Source of the DNA: Marsupella aquatica
Taxonomy: Eukaryota > Plantae > Marchantiophyta
NCBI GenBank assembly: GCA_973895155.1
Contig: OZ316897.1
Location: 16,243,375-16,307,374 of the forward strand
Reading direction: 5' to 3'
Length of the DNA stretch: 64,000 nucleotides
Both the position numbers and the translations under genes were made by a program. The notes beneath the pieces were generated by a model. The model did not search any database. It was not told the DNA's origin and saw nothing but the letters and a program-made list of their open reading frames with translations. Position 1 is the first letter of the stretch. Each line of letters begins with the position of its first letter. Shown one piece after another: positions 1 to 13,639 of this stretch.

Positions 1-400
1 AACACATATCTCCCGAGAAAAATAAATGTTTTCTTTTGTTTTTCCTATCATTTGGGAGGAAACTCCGTAACCCAACCCTTCCAAAGTCCATCAACATACT
101 CACACAACTCTCAATCTACGCTAAACCCAACCTAAACGTTGAGAAACGACAAACAACCCAAAAAGTGCAAATACAAACCCCCAAAAACCTAAAAAATAAA
201 TTCGTTTTATTTGTTTTTCCCAAATTCTGGGAGGAACCTTCTCCCTGTTTATGCAACGTCTAGAAGCAAAAACAGTGGCGGGGATAGTGGGGGTGAAAGT
301 ACCCACACCGTGAGACGACACCCCTCCCATTATTTTTGGGGGACCGTAGTCGGGCAGGCGGCCGGGCTGCTCCGCAGATCCCAATAACAGCCCTACCTGT

Positions 401-480
401 CAAATCGGGACAGATTCCATCCTCATTGGAAATGCAGAATCAAATCGGGGAAGATTCCATCCTCATTGGAAGTGCAGAAT
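401..480. repeat. 40-bp tandem duplication
   Basis: caaatcggg..agattccatcctcattggaa.tgcagaat x2. Confidence 0.85.
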
Positions 481-1419
481 CTTCGTGAGATCTTGTCGTT
501 TGGACTTTGCGGCCTCTTGGTCTACCCGTAGACCTGTAGTATCGGTCCCGTATTTGTGTCTCGGGTCTCGAAGTCTCAACGTCTGTCCGCAGCCACAAGA
601 TCAACGGCTGGGAAATGGTCTCTCTGGACCACGAACCTTAAATTTAAGGGACGGTGGAGGGCGGACTAGGAGACACTCGGATTTAATTATAAATTTCTTT
701 TCAGACGATTTATTAGGGGAAACTCATCATCTGCACTGTTAGATCTTTGGAGAGTAATGGCAAATCGTTGAATTTGGCCACCAAAGGTCTCAAAGAAGTA
801 AGGAAGGTGGCAAATTTGGTCTCAAATTTCTCCAAACCCTGGTTGAGAATTTGGCAAATTAATCCCAGGACAAAACACTTGGCCAATGGAAGATGTAAGG
901 TGTAGGAGCAGCTCCAAAGGCTTGGCGGCTGATGCCTGCTAAACTAAGTTTTTGCTGATTTCTTTGGAGGCCGTGGAAATAGCAACACCCTCATCCTGGA
1001 GACTATCCCAAGCAGTACCTAAAAACTCTACCCCCTTTTGTTGACTTGAGGTTCAAATTGACACATACCTGGTTCTAACCAAACCAACTGTCATGTTACT
1101 TGCATACAAGTGCAAAAGTGGCGCCCTGTCAATTTAGTTTCAAGAGGATAATCCAGTGATGCATGGTAGTCTGTAGCATGTTGTGTGGATATCAGTCAGA
1201 ATGACATATTTGAAGCAACAGCGCCAATGCTGCTTTTTGGCCAGAGGTATACTTAATGGACCCTCCAAATGCAACTTTTTCTCTTAACCGACCAAAGTAT
1301 GCATATTTAGTCCCTATGATGGAGATGGGGTGTACCTTACAGGGTAATCCCGGATTCTTTGTATGAAGTATGTTATAAGTAGTTGTAGAAGTACATAGTT
1401 ATTAACATAATCATGACAA

Positions 1420-1561
1420 TGTTATACCCTAACTAGACTCTATGGTTACCTTAACCATAGTTACCGTATAGGATAACTCGGACGGAGACTATATATAGAG
1501 ATGCACCCATTCATTCTATAGAGAGGAATCTCATTATCATTTCCCGCATCATTCCTCAACA
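1420..1561 (+). repeat. 5' LTR (142 bp)
   Basis: Direct repeat of 4934-5075, TG...CA termini, internal TATATATA box. Confidence 0.95.
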
Positions 1562-1575
1562 CGTTATCAGCACGA
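1562..1575 (+). promoter_or_regulatory. Primer-binding site complementary to the anticodon arm (5' half) of tRNA-Ile
   Basis: Reverse complement TCGTGCTGATAACG matches the tRNA-Ile(AAU/IAU) anticodon arm UCGUGCU(I)AUAACG as I recall it; it abuts the LTR end. Confidence 0.75.
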
Positions 1576-4500
1576 CTCTAGACCAGCTGAGCTTGATCAT
1601 GATTTTTTTTTAGGAATTTCCCTATGGCTATGATGAATGAATGTTCTCTTAAGGATTTCCAAGTTATGGAGGAGAATTGAATTGGGAGTGAGAAGGCTAG
1701 TAGTTTGAACCACCAAGAGAACATGAGTCACGTTGAAGCAACGACAGGATGTAGCATTGTGGTCGCGCCGAGAGCAAGCTTATGAAGGCTGTGATATGAT
1801 CAGAAGAAATTTTGTTTTGAAGGGTGATTCTGAAGATCGTGTGGGAAAGCAGTATTCAAGGCAATGATTTGAGTCAAGTGGAAAGCTATGGCTGAGGCAA
1901 GAGAGATCGAGTTCAGCCGCGTTGCTTCCTTCTACCCAACCAGGCCAGATCAACCTAAATCACTCGAGGCGATGAGTTGAAGCCTGGTGGATCGAGAGCA
2001 AATCAGGACCCGATCGGGATCATAAGAAAATTTTTCAAAACCCTAACCTCATAAGGGACGAACGCAGGCGCCTTCTCTTTCCCTGAATTTCACAATGTTT
2101 CTCAATTGTTGACAGTTTCTTGTTGGTCGATCTGCGAGCCATAAAGGATGAAAGGAAATGCCCATTACACACGATCGAGTGAAGTACAGGCATTACAAGA
2201 GGCCAAACATGGATGTTGAAATGGTCGTTTGCTGATTCAATGAAGATTCCAATAAGAGCCATTTGATACAGTCGTATCAAATTGGAGAAGATAGAAGCAA
2301 ATGTCATGGAGGAAGAACATCTTGGCTTTGGTTGTGAACGTACGGGAGATGGCATCCAGCGAAAGAAACAAATCATTGTTGTGGGGTCTAGATCTGATTG
2401 CATTTTCTGAATCCTAAATATGGAATGTTGTGCTTGTCCAAGAATGAGCCTGAGAAGCTGATCGCAATCAAAGAATGAGCCAAAGCGACAATTGAGATTT
2501 CAAGAGACACACATGAGTGACTTAAACATGCAACATTCGATCTCAAAATCCTCGAGAAAAACTCAAACACCAGATAAGTGCAACCCTCATTAAATGCACT
2601 AGTATAGAGTTTCTGAAATACAAATGCTTGGGTGCACTTATCCAAAGACAAGAGAATCCCATGTGTTTCAGTGCAAAATCTTCATTTTTGAAAAACTATC
2701 CATATATGCACATATTAACAAAGAGAATCTTGTTGACAACGGATGTTTTGCACTTATGGATAAACAAATGAAATGGAAAATGATAAGTGCACATTGCAAA
2801 TTTACACAGCAATTTACACAGTTTACACATATAAACACATCAACTGGTTTAGGGAAATTACATGTCACTTGTTGAATTTGCATACATTAACATGTCTTAC
2901 ATGTGCAATACATGCTTTACATGCATTTGACATATTTACATATCATACCACCCTTACTTGACTTTGCACATTGGAAATAATGGTTTTATACCAAATACCT
3001 CTACTTTCCATTTACAAAGTGGATGTTACATCCATTTCAATCACAAAATGGTTTTTACAACATTTTACACCCCTAGTTTACACCTAATGATACCATTCTA
3101 GATTATACCTCATGACACCAGTTTACACTGGTGTATGTCTTACCATTGTATAATCCCATGTTTGACATTGGGTTTATACTTGTTTACACTGGTTACACCA
3201 AATTACACTTGCTTATAGCATTTACACTGGTTTACACCAATTTACACCATCAGGGGGAGTAAACTTTGGTCCATACACTTTTTGTGTGTAAATTGACCAT
3301 TTACAACTTTTACACCAATTGACATGGGCTTACACCCATTTACACCCTACATTAGGGCAATATCTTACTTAAGGGCCTTATCCTCATGGTCTTTACACCA
3401 TAAACAACTCAAACGAGAGCTTTTATAGCCATCGTTTGGTGGGATGATAGTTTTTAAGTATGGAACTAATACCATACCTTTAACCATGCTCTATGACCTA
3501 GTTTTTGAGGTATTTTGGTAAGGTATAGATTTTCTGAGATCCAGTGATCGATGGCAGATATGTCTCTCACGAAAGATCCAGAATAATCTAAGGTACAGTA
3601 CTTCAGGTTAGTTCCATGACCTTAGTTTCCAGCCATATCCAAAAGCGGATAATCAATAACCCTTTAGGGGTTTAACTGCGAATATTTAGAAACCCAAAGT
3701 AAACTCAAATCAGAATGAGTAATGAGGGGTTAATATGGGCAAACCCCATAACTTTGTCCGGTCCAACTTAATTCTAGCTTTCAACTATAATATATGCATA
3801 AAATGCATATTTAGGGGGAGAAAGTTTATTTTCTCAAACCCCAATCACACTTGATTTACCCACTACGAGTACATTTTGGTACTTGGTCATTAAATGAGAT
3901 CTTTTGACTATCACTAGCTCTAAACTATTCTTATGCGGAGTTGTTTGACGTTTATGAATATCACTTTACCTCTGCAAGATAGCGAATCATTTTGAGCTAG
4001 CATTTTTCTGTGCTATGACACACATAGACGTTCGACTGAATGTTTGGACTCCACAGGGTTATTTGTGAAGTTACATTGACTTGACACTTTCTGTCAAAAT
4101 ATGAGAATTGCGGACGTGCAGGGCAGACGTGCCATATTATACACACACCCGCTGGTGATGTGAATGCACACCCTTTGGTGCTGCAGATTATTTTTCATAT
4201 AAAAACTATTTGATACTACATGTTTTTGAAATCTAAGATTGAGAGATTTCTTTGTGTGTCGACTACACATGCTTGCGAATTGTGCATTTTGCACAAGAAC
4301 CCTCTATTTAAGAATCTAATTAGGAGTCCTTGAACTCTAAGGGAGAGTTTTGATATTTGAGTTTTACGAGAATAATATATTCCTCGAAACCTTGTTTTGA
4401 GGAGGAGATCATATTTTTTGGACTTTTTACATCCCATACTTTACGCACTCAGTTGCACGAGATGACATTATTTATTATTATACTTTACACTTTGCGCAGA

Positions 4501-4933
4501 TGAGCCACGGACAAGTGATTTTATGATAATAACTTAATTACTAATCATTTTTTCATATATGTTTTAATTTGTATTCGATGCGAGGATGTATGTGCGGATG
4601 TATGCGCGATGGTGAGCGATTTGGAGACGTCGCGTTGTTGTTGAGTCGTTGAGCATACGACAACTTGTTCATTTTGACGGAGTGGAGTTGTTGTTGTTAA
4701 CTCCACATACCACCGGATTCACTTGAGGACCGACAGGGCTGTACTCTTTTTCCTTTAGAGCCGAGATATATATTTTTCTCTGTTACCCTGATAGAGTTTT
4801 TTAGAGCTATTAAAGGTTTTAACGAGGCAGTACCTTCCTCATTTGTACTCAAATCATGCCATGTTTATAAGCATGATAATCTAGTTAGAAGACTTTTTGT
4901 CTACATAGTTATCACTATATAGCCAAGGGGGAG

Positions 4934-5075
4934 TGTTATACCCTAACTAGACTCTATGGTTACCTTAACCATAGTTACCGTATAGGATAACTCGGACGGA
5001 GACTATATATAGAGATGCACCCATTCATTCTATAGAGAGGAATCTCATTATCATTTCCCGCATCATTCCTCAACA
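4934..5075 (+). repeat. 3' LTR (142 bp)
   Basis: Direct repeat of 1420-1561, preceded by PPT 4925-4933 and followed by TSD GACAA. Confidence 0.95.
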
Positions 5076-7029
5076 GACAACACTTTGTTTTGGTCATCAT
5101 AGGCTATCAACTATGGGTATGTTCCAGTGATGAAAAACAAAGCATACCTAAGTTAAGTATACACGTCGATATGCGAGGTTAGCGCTAGTTTATGTAAATA
5201 AATACAGACAGCACTTCCCTCTTTGCCTGAACCCTCAATACTAACAAAGTTTATGTCACATTTAGGGTTGAATCCGCTGAAGGGTCAAACGTTTGGGATG
5301 CCTTAAGTGACCAAGGGATAATCCTAGGCCTCTGTCCACTCAATTACTTAGCAGGTTCCTTAATGTAAATATTAAGAATTCATTTTGGGTCTCAAGAAGT
5401 GATTGGTCCACTTGAGTTGTGAGATCAATGTTACAGTCTATTCAAGCACCAACTTCCAGCACCTGTCCTTGCATCTGATTTACTTTGTTTAGAACAGGTC
5501 TCACTGTCTCACACACATTATTTACAGATCAAAATCTTCTTTACTCAGTGTACCCATACTTATTGTGTGTAATACAAATTGAGTAAGATCATCTCGTTAG
5601 TTGCTTGGTATTGTAGTTGACGGCTTCTGATTCTCAAGGAGCAATCTTGCAAACATAAGCTACTTTCAAGGGCTAGGGTCTAGAGTGAAGCCTCTAGACA
5701 ATAACTCCAAATATAGACAAAACTGAACTCAAAAATGAAGACAAAATTGGACTCTAAATAATGACAATGTGAGGTAAACAAAACAGGGATCATAGGGCAA
5801 ATATAATTAAACAAGAGATAGCATAGAATGTTTTTTGCAAATTTGTTTTTGTCTTCATCTCTACTTATGCTCAAGGAATGGTAATCAGGCTAGTGTTATT
5901 TGAGGGGAAAACTGCAGTTGGCACATTGTGTATGGGAGGAAGAGCACACCGGCCCCGACACGAGCAAAGCAGCGGACAACATGTGGACAAGCATACCAGA
6001 GTGAAGACTAGTGCGGACCGGGCAATTCCTCCGGCCAGTTGTGACCAAAAATCCTACATTGTACTATTACTCATAGCATAATCCTTCTAGGTTTGTGGAG
6101 ACACAAGAGACGGATTGATTCTTCTGGGACCATCACATGTGAGATGCTCCTTGGTCACAAACTTAGTATCCTGTGTGGTCATCGGTGCCTCACAGTCCCA
6201 TCTTTGCAATCTCTTTTGGCTTTTGGCTTTCATAGAGTGGGTCGCACAAGTGGGGGATTGGGCCTCAGACTACCACTTCCAATGGCCATACTAGATACTA
6301 GGTTACAAGGCGACCCCAACATAATGAATGTCTGAACAAAGTGAAGTAGTAGTGGTAGGATCCTAGAACTCACTCCTATATCCTAGGGTGGGGTAGTCAG
6401 GAATAATACAATCATCTATCAATGATATAATTTGCAATTGAAATCTACCAGTCATGACTTATTCTGTAGAGTGAAGCCCTAGACCACAATTTCTCTTACT
6501 GATAGAAAGTCTGGATAATTATTTATACTATGCTTGTGAGTAGGGGTGAGCATGGGACTGTAGGTATTGGGAGCCCTTCCGGTGCGCCTTCCTATGTGTA
6601 CGCACAAGTATTTGGGCCGGTGAATTGAAGACATATAGGAGAGAAGTCTGTTAAGTCTTCTTTTGACCACAGAGCTCTCCGGGCAAGGACCTGGTGATTC
6701 ATTTATATAAGTATATAACCAAATAGCCAATGCAAAATATGCAAAAACAGTCAGCCAAGACTGCAAAGTGAAAGAATTGTACCCAGAGACTTTCACACGG
6801 GCTTTCATGGAGATGAAGCAGATGAATATATACTAGCCTGATGTCCGTCCTTACTGAGTCAATAGTTGGTAAAACCAAAAAGAATTTCCTTTCATTTCCC
6901 ACACCCCATTGTAGTTTTCCATTCCAGTCCATCTAGAGTCTCTACTCTAAACCAATCATAGCCCTTGCTCCAATATCTCTTCCAACTTCTCTTCATGATT
7001 ATATAGTAAGATACACTAGCCTGACTGCT

Positions 7030-7260
7030 TGAGCTTTGCTCAGGCCCATGGTTGCCTTCTTCACCTGTTGTCTCACCCTTAAACTTGTTTTGACTGCTCA
7101 GGCCTGGGCTTAGGCCCATGGTCGCCTTCCCACCTGTTGCCTCACCATGAAGCTTTTCATGATTGTTCAGGCCCACAGGTGCCTTCCAACCTGCTGCCTC
7201 ACCTGAACCTTCCTGTGTTGCCCAGGCTCATTGTTGCCTTCTCCACCTGTTGCCTGAGCC
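7030..7260. repeat. Degenerate minisatellite, ~55-65 bp unit, ~4 copies
   Basis: Recurrent caggcccatgg..gccttc..cacctgttgcctcacc core. Confidence 0.7.
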
Positions 7261-10200
7261 TAATATTTGCTCTCATCGAGTCATAGTCTAGAGTCTTCAC
7301 TTGAGACCATCCAAGAGTCATGGTCTAGAGACTGCACTCAAGACCATAGGCTCTGAAGTGTACCTTTATACCAAGAGTCATTAACTAAACTAGCCTAATG
7401 CCCGGCTTTTGGATGCCAATAATTTGTGAGCAAAAAGGTTCATTTCCCATCCTCATTACGGTACCTTCTACCCCTTCGTGGCCACTCACGGTATAAAGTC
7501 TCTACGCCTTAGCCCATTACTCCAACTTCTCTTTGGGATGATATACGTACATATATATAAGCCAAGCCAATGCACAAAATGTGCATAATTTCAGCCAACC
7601 AAGATTGCAAAAGAGCAAAACTACTGTAGTACCCAAAGACTTTCACACAAAAGAGAGAACTCAAATGATGGGTATCCGCACCAATGGCAGTCCAGTCAAT
7701 TTACATGGGTTCCCACCGAAACTGTCTCCACTCTAGTCTCCAAGGTCTCCCCTCTTCATTGGCAGTGAGGAATCACGTGTATGGTGTGTCCCTTGTCCTG
7801 TACAAACAACTACCAATGCATGTATTGTATTCAATTGTAAGAATTTTGTAGTCTGTATGACTGTATGTCAATTGGGGTATATATGATTGGTTGGGTTTAA
7901 TTAAGTCTAAATACAGGCGTCTCTACCTAAGTGCACGCTCCGTGAGTGCAACCCTGGCTCATTTGAAGGAATCCGGTTCTTCCATTTTTCCCTGACCTTT
8001 TTGCGACTATTGCGGCCATCACGACAAATGTAGAGGTATACTGTAAGTGGCTATGAAAGCTTTATGAGTAAGCCCACAATTTCTTGGACTTGCACTTATT
8101 GCTACGGGGCTTCTGTTTTCCCCTCACCATTTTGCAGTTTCAGTGCAGGTTTTGTATCTGCAATGGGGCACAAAATGACAAAAATATGAGCACAAATCCT
8201 CTATAGGTGTTCATAACCACACGGTCCCTTGGGCAATTCCTTCAAATTACAGTTAGTGATAAGTGCATATTCACATATGAAGTAGAGGATCAGGTTTAAG
8301 GAATTGATGCACAATCTTTGAAGAAAGTCCCTATTCTTGACAAAGAAAGGGCCCTTGAGTGTCAAAGCGGGTGGGAAACTAATATCTATGAATCAATGCC
8401 CCTTCCATGTTTCTACATTCAAGTTCGTGAAAACCCTAATTAAGTGCGCTTAGAGAAAGAGTACTGCATAACATAAAATGGAGACATTTGCACCAATCAA
8501 AATCTCCGTTTTACAGGAAACTGGCTCAAGCATTGGAGGGACATTTACTTGATGGACCCCCAAACCAAAGTTTTCACCCCAACAAATGCCATGAGGTTCT
8601 GGGTACCTTCACTTAAGGTCTTTCAAAGGTATGAATCACTGATGGGGTTCATCAAGCAACAGTTTTCATATTGAGGGTGCAACAAGTAAATGCCTCATTA
8701 CATAGATAAGACAGTTTTTAGTGGCAAAAGTTTGCTAGATTACACCTCTCCAGAAACAAATTCTCACTTTGGCTCAAATTGGCTAGCTTTGGGTTTCTCA
8801 TTTGGCAGGTCCCTCCTAGCCACACCACAGACTCCATTAGCCAGAATCTAAATGTCATCCTTAAATCTAGGGAGGCGTAAGGATCAAAAATTACTTATTG
8901 AAAATCAGATAAAAAGTATTTTTTGCATCTTCTCCTTTGGCTGACATTCGCCACACGAGCGAATAAAGCAAAACCTTGAACATTACGCTGATTGGGAACA
9001 CGGTTTTACAGGGTATGTCATAAATCGTATGCACTTCATTCTCGTGGTACATACCAATGTGCACGGCAAGGGCGGCGGGGTGGGCAGCCAAGCAGCTGGT
9101 GGAGCAATTGGACACCCCTGCCCGGCTGCAAAGCAAAGACCTTTACGGTCGGGGCAAATTCCGGTATGATCACAAAACCACAATATTATTCCTTGTCATG
9201 TTCCAAATGACAAACACGGTCACGTTTTACCGGGGGGTATCTGCCGTACACTTGGACCATCCATTATGCGCACAAAGGCCGTGAAAGGTTACCTCGGGCC
9301 TGGATGGCATGTTTCTACAGCAGCTGTAGGGAATGATTTGTGTCGATGGAACTGTAGAATATTCACTTGTGACAGGCCGGGGTCAGAGCACGCGCGGGCA
9401 GTGCCAGCTACGACCAGCCGGGTAGAACCCAGATTTTCTGGCATAGGTAAAGCCAAGTCATGATTAACGGTTCTCGATCGAAACCCGGAACTTTTTTCTT
9501 CGTTAGTCTTGTATTTTTAAGACCTTTTCTCCAGGGGGGGGGATGGGAGGCAGGCAAAGGAAAAGACTAAATTTACTAAGAAAGGGCCAGGCTAATAAAC
9601 AGAGAGAAGGAAAAAACGACAAACACCAAAAGAAAGAGGACAACCACCAAAAGAATTAGGCCAGGATGGACCGAGACATTGTCCCTGTCCAACCCAATGG
9701 ATTGTACCCCATGCATTGTGCACAAAATGATAGTTGTTTTCACATCAAAATGAAAAAGGAACCGGTCGCAGATTACAGTTGACAACTTTTACTACCTTGG
9801 GAGGAAGTAGTCAAGACATCATGGTGATCCTTAGTAATGGCATGATATCTTGATGTCTTTCAGGTGGTTGTAAAGTAGTCAAGTTACCGAGGGAATCGGT
9901 TCGGTAATGTAATTGAAACCATCTGCAAACGGTGAGAAGACTATTTACAACTCACATTTCAGTCAAAAGTGTAAACAATATTGTGGTATGCCACATATGT
10001 AAGAATCCTTAAAAAAGGAGGAAGAAATGGTGAAATGACGAAATTTCAAAACTTTTTGGAGCTTTCTTATTGCATTTAAGTCATTTGGTGACTTACAAAA
10101 GGATATCACTCAAGTTTTACAATGAATGTTCGTTAGCGGTGTCCAAGCTTGTTATATGGGGTGCTTTCAAGAGGCCCTCAACCATTTGATAAAAGACGCC

Positions 10201-11683
10201 CTTCAAAAGTGCCCAAGCCTAAGGCACTTGATATGTTTTTTGTCCAAAGCTCCTATTTATTTGAAAGTCTTCCAGAACTTCAGTTCAGCTGGAAATTTGC
10301 AAGCATGATCTTTGGAGTATAATCTACTTGTTGACACAGTTCAAGATTTTTTGGAGTTGGTTTTCTTGGTTTTTGATCAGGTCTATGTTAGTCGATTGTT
10401 ATATTCGCATTTAATTACATCAAATTTTAATTAGTTCTACTTTGTTTTACATATTAGTTTTCTTTGGAGGATGAAGAGGTATGTCTTTTCATCTTTCCAA
10501 TGATATCCTTAATATTTATTTTAGTTAGTTTTTGGTTTTCAAGGAGTGAAAAGTTACACTTTTTCATTCACTCTTGACCATCCTTGCTTGAGACATTATA
10601 TAAGGAAGGGTGATACACTAGTTAGGTAAGTTAATTCTTGCATATCTTAGCCGAAGAGATTGTCCCTTTGACACTGATTATGGAGACATTTAAGACATAT
10701 TTTGAATGTCGCTCCTTAGGTGAAGAAAAGGAGACTAACTTCCTTCTATATTAGATTCCATGAGGAATTTGGATGTGGATGTAAAACTACACAAATACAT
10801 GTGATTTGTATCTTGGATCATAGATAGCATTGGCTTGAGATCCAATATATGAAACTCTTTCCTTATGAAACTCTAGAGTTGTCCAAAATAGTTTTGACCG
10901 TGTATGATTGGTAAAAATTTGTGGAAGTCTAGAGGGAAATTCATTTCAAGCTTTCTAGGGTAAAAGTCCATTCTCATGAGTTTTAGTACTGCCATTGGCA
11001 AACAAAAGACTAGGAGCATTCATACCAAGTTGCGCATCGCCAGAGTATTGAATCCTGTTGTCGGCAATTTACTAGTTGGGACTGCACACAATGTCCAGAA
11101 AGATCTTTGTGGGTTTGGTGAACTAATACTAGAAGGAGGAGAAATGAGAGTATAAATTTAGGAAGCAGTCAGAGAGGGGTTTTGTGTACTTTTAAACATC
11201 TTAAAGTGGCCATATCCTTCCATAAGCTATGGTGATGGAGGTAGCGCAATGCTGAAACCTGATTTTAAAAGTCCTAGAGTTATAGTCTACGAAAGAGAAT
11301 TATATTTCCTTGTCTTTTGTTAATTGTCCATTTTGGTTTCAAAAGTGTAAGAGGTTGAGTTTCCTCGTTAAACCACTCTTTTGTGTTAAAACACTCCATT
11401 CTCATTTTGTTTAGCTCTTTAGGGGAACGAATTCTGAGTTTTTTACTTTTACTATATGCATTTTATGCATTGACCCTATACCACAAATATTATCTGAGTG
11501 AGTTTAAATGTTATCTGCAAGTCCATCCAAGCTTTGCCGGTCCATCTGGTTCACAGACAAAATCGAGGTCCATCCAAGCATTAGTTTCAAGAACATGAAT
11601 ATCTTCTGAAATCTAATTTTCAAATAAGGTACGATAGGATTTTTAAGACCATTTTTAAAAATATTCCAAATTTTAGAATATTA

Positions 11684-11751
11684 TATTGTTTCTAGCAAGG
11701 GTTCTGTTTATTTATTGCCCAATTTTAAGAAAAACCTTGCTAGAAACAATA
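11684..11751. repeat. Short perfect inverted repeat (17-bp arms), possible micro-MITE or hairpin
   Basis: tattgtttctagcaagg (11684-11700) / ccttgctagaaacaata (11735-11751). Confidence 0.7.
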
Positions 11752-13639
11752 AATAAATGGCTGCTTAAGATCTACCAATGCACTAGTGTGCGATCTAATG
11801 GTACACATCTAATGTTGTGACTGAATCTGCAAGTGAGACATGTATTCCATAGAGTATGAAAAGAAAGCCTTCCACCAAGTTTATAAACCAGGAAAAAAAC
11901 AAAGTAAAATGAAAGGAAAGAGAAGAGAAGAGGTCCAAAGAAAAAGATGTCCAAAGAGTATTCTATAGAGTATGGTACATTTGTCAAAGTTTATATAATG
12001 GTCCTTGACTGTTGCACACTTGTGGATTATTTTCAACAAAGTATACAGGAGGGTTATTTCTTGTTTAAACGATGACTCCACACCAGAAATCTTGTGGAAC
12101 AGACGTTTCAATAAATGCATATCACTTGAACTTGGAGCCAACCGTTGAAAATATTTGGACCACATTAGGAGGTGGTCCAAACTTCTACAGAAAATAAGCA
12201 TTCCACATCAGCATTTACGTGGGCCAACTACTTGCCATGTAAGACCTGAATGGGCACTGAGTTCTTGTCTCCAACCGTTTCAACCCATTTGAGGAAACAC
12301 TGGGCCCCCACTTCTTGTAAAGCCAACCTCATATTCTCCCCATGGGAGCCCAAAAATGGGGGTGGAGGTGTAGAGTGAAATTAGTGATAGGCTATATTTA
12401 CGTTCATGACCTTAACACGTGATTTTCCACTAGTCATCCCCTAATAAACAATATCAGTCAGTTACCCCCAAAATTAATTTAATTACTATATTTCCCCCTT
12501 GCCAGGAATCGGACAGCCATGAACATCTCAGATAGTTGGAATGCTCATCTAAGATTCATTCCTAGGATAGCTTGATTAGTAAATTACTTGGGGGAGAGCT
12601 TAAGAATGTTCTGCAATTTTGGGGTAAAGCAGTAAACTCATAAAACTATAATTACTGGAGGTAGGGAGGTTTGGAGGGGGTGGAACAATGGCATTCGATT
12701 GATCTTTTCAACTTCTTCTATTTTATATTGCTTTGCAACATTGAAAGAAGGGATCTCGTTACACTTAGGGTGTCATTGGTGGGGTCAAAACCAGGTTTAG
12801 TCATCATGGGTTCCTTTCTGTTTTTCCTTGCCGAAAGGTACTGGTACCACTTATCTCAAGAACTAACTCATCCTTACACTTAACCATGATCAAAAGAGTG
12901 ATATTGATAAATGTTTTCCAAAGTTTGGCAAAATAGTTTATCCAGCAGGTCAACCCCAGTCAAGCAACTAGAATGGGAGTTACTGGAGTCATGCTCCAGT
13001 TACTGGGGCATTTTTACATAAGTGGCACATAACGGGCGACAAAGTATATTTTTTCGTCATTTTGAAAAAAAAAGTTGAAGATGTTACTGGAGATATAGGG
13101 TCCTAAAATTGAGAATTGCTTACGTGTCTTCATATATGGTTGGTGTCCTTTACACAAATTTATTTAAAGAAACTAAGGGGGGTCATTAATAACCCTAACC
13201 CTTGCACGTGATATAAGGCCCTCCACATAAAGCCCCCCCCCCCCTCTCCCCCCAAGCTAACTTTAAATGTCAAATCTACAAAAGTCTTTTGCCAAAGATC
13301 CAAATTTAGTTAACCAGATGTTCACTCAAAGAAGAACAAATACAAATAGTCCTAATCCACCCCGCAACCTCCATTTAATTTGCTGTGTCCCCTCAAGTTG
13401 CTCACTGCGCCGCCAAATTTGTTTGTGTTGGCCTGAAACCTCCATTTTAAGACCCAAATGAATCAACAATGGAAGGTGCTGCACGCGTTGCCATTGTAGG
13501 GTGGGTGACAAAGACTCCCCACTTTTCACTTTCCTATGGTTGACTGGCAATCATCATGCAAAACAGCAAATCCTTGTGCAAAAGCGTTGTTGCTGACAAA
13601 CCTCGTGCCCATCGGGGTCAACAAAGAAGAATCACGGTG

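Larger units (their letters stand above)
1420..5075 (+). mobile_element. Non-autonomous Ty1/copia (Bianca-type) LTR retrotransposon, recent insertion
   Basis: Two 142-bp LTRs (1420-1561, 4934-5075; TGTT...AACA) identical by eye. Perfect 5-bp TSD GACAA (1415-1419 / 5076-5080). PBS CGTTATCAGCACGA directly after the 5' LTR and PPT AAGGGGGAG directly before the 3' LTR. No gag/pol ORF inside. Confidence 0.93.

Noticed and set aside
1-729. Possible right end of a Gypsy-type LTR (...GAAACTCATCA)
   Set aside because: The partner terminus and TSD would lie outside the window, so it is unverifiable.
13174-13245. TAA-GGGGGGTCATTAATAA as left TIR/TSD of the Harbinger remnant
   Set aside because: Equally explained as part of an inverted copy of the G-run MITE family; no matching right terminus.
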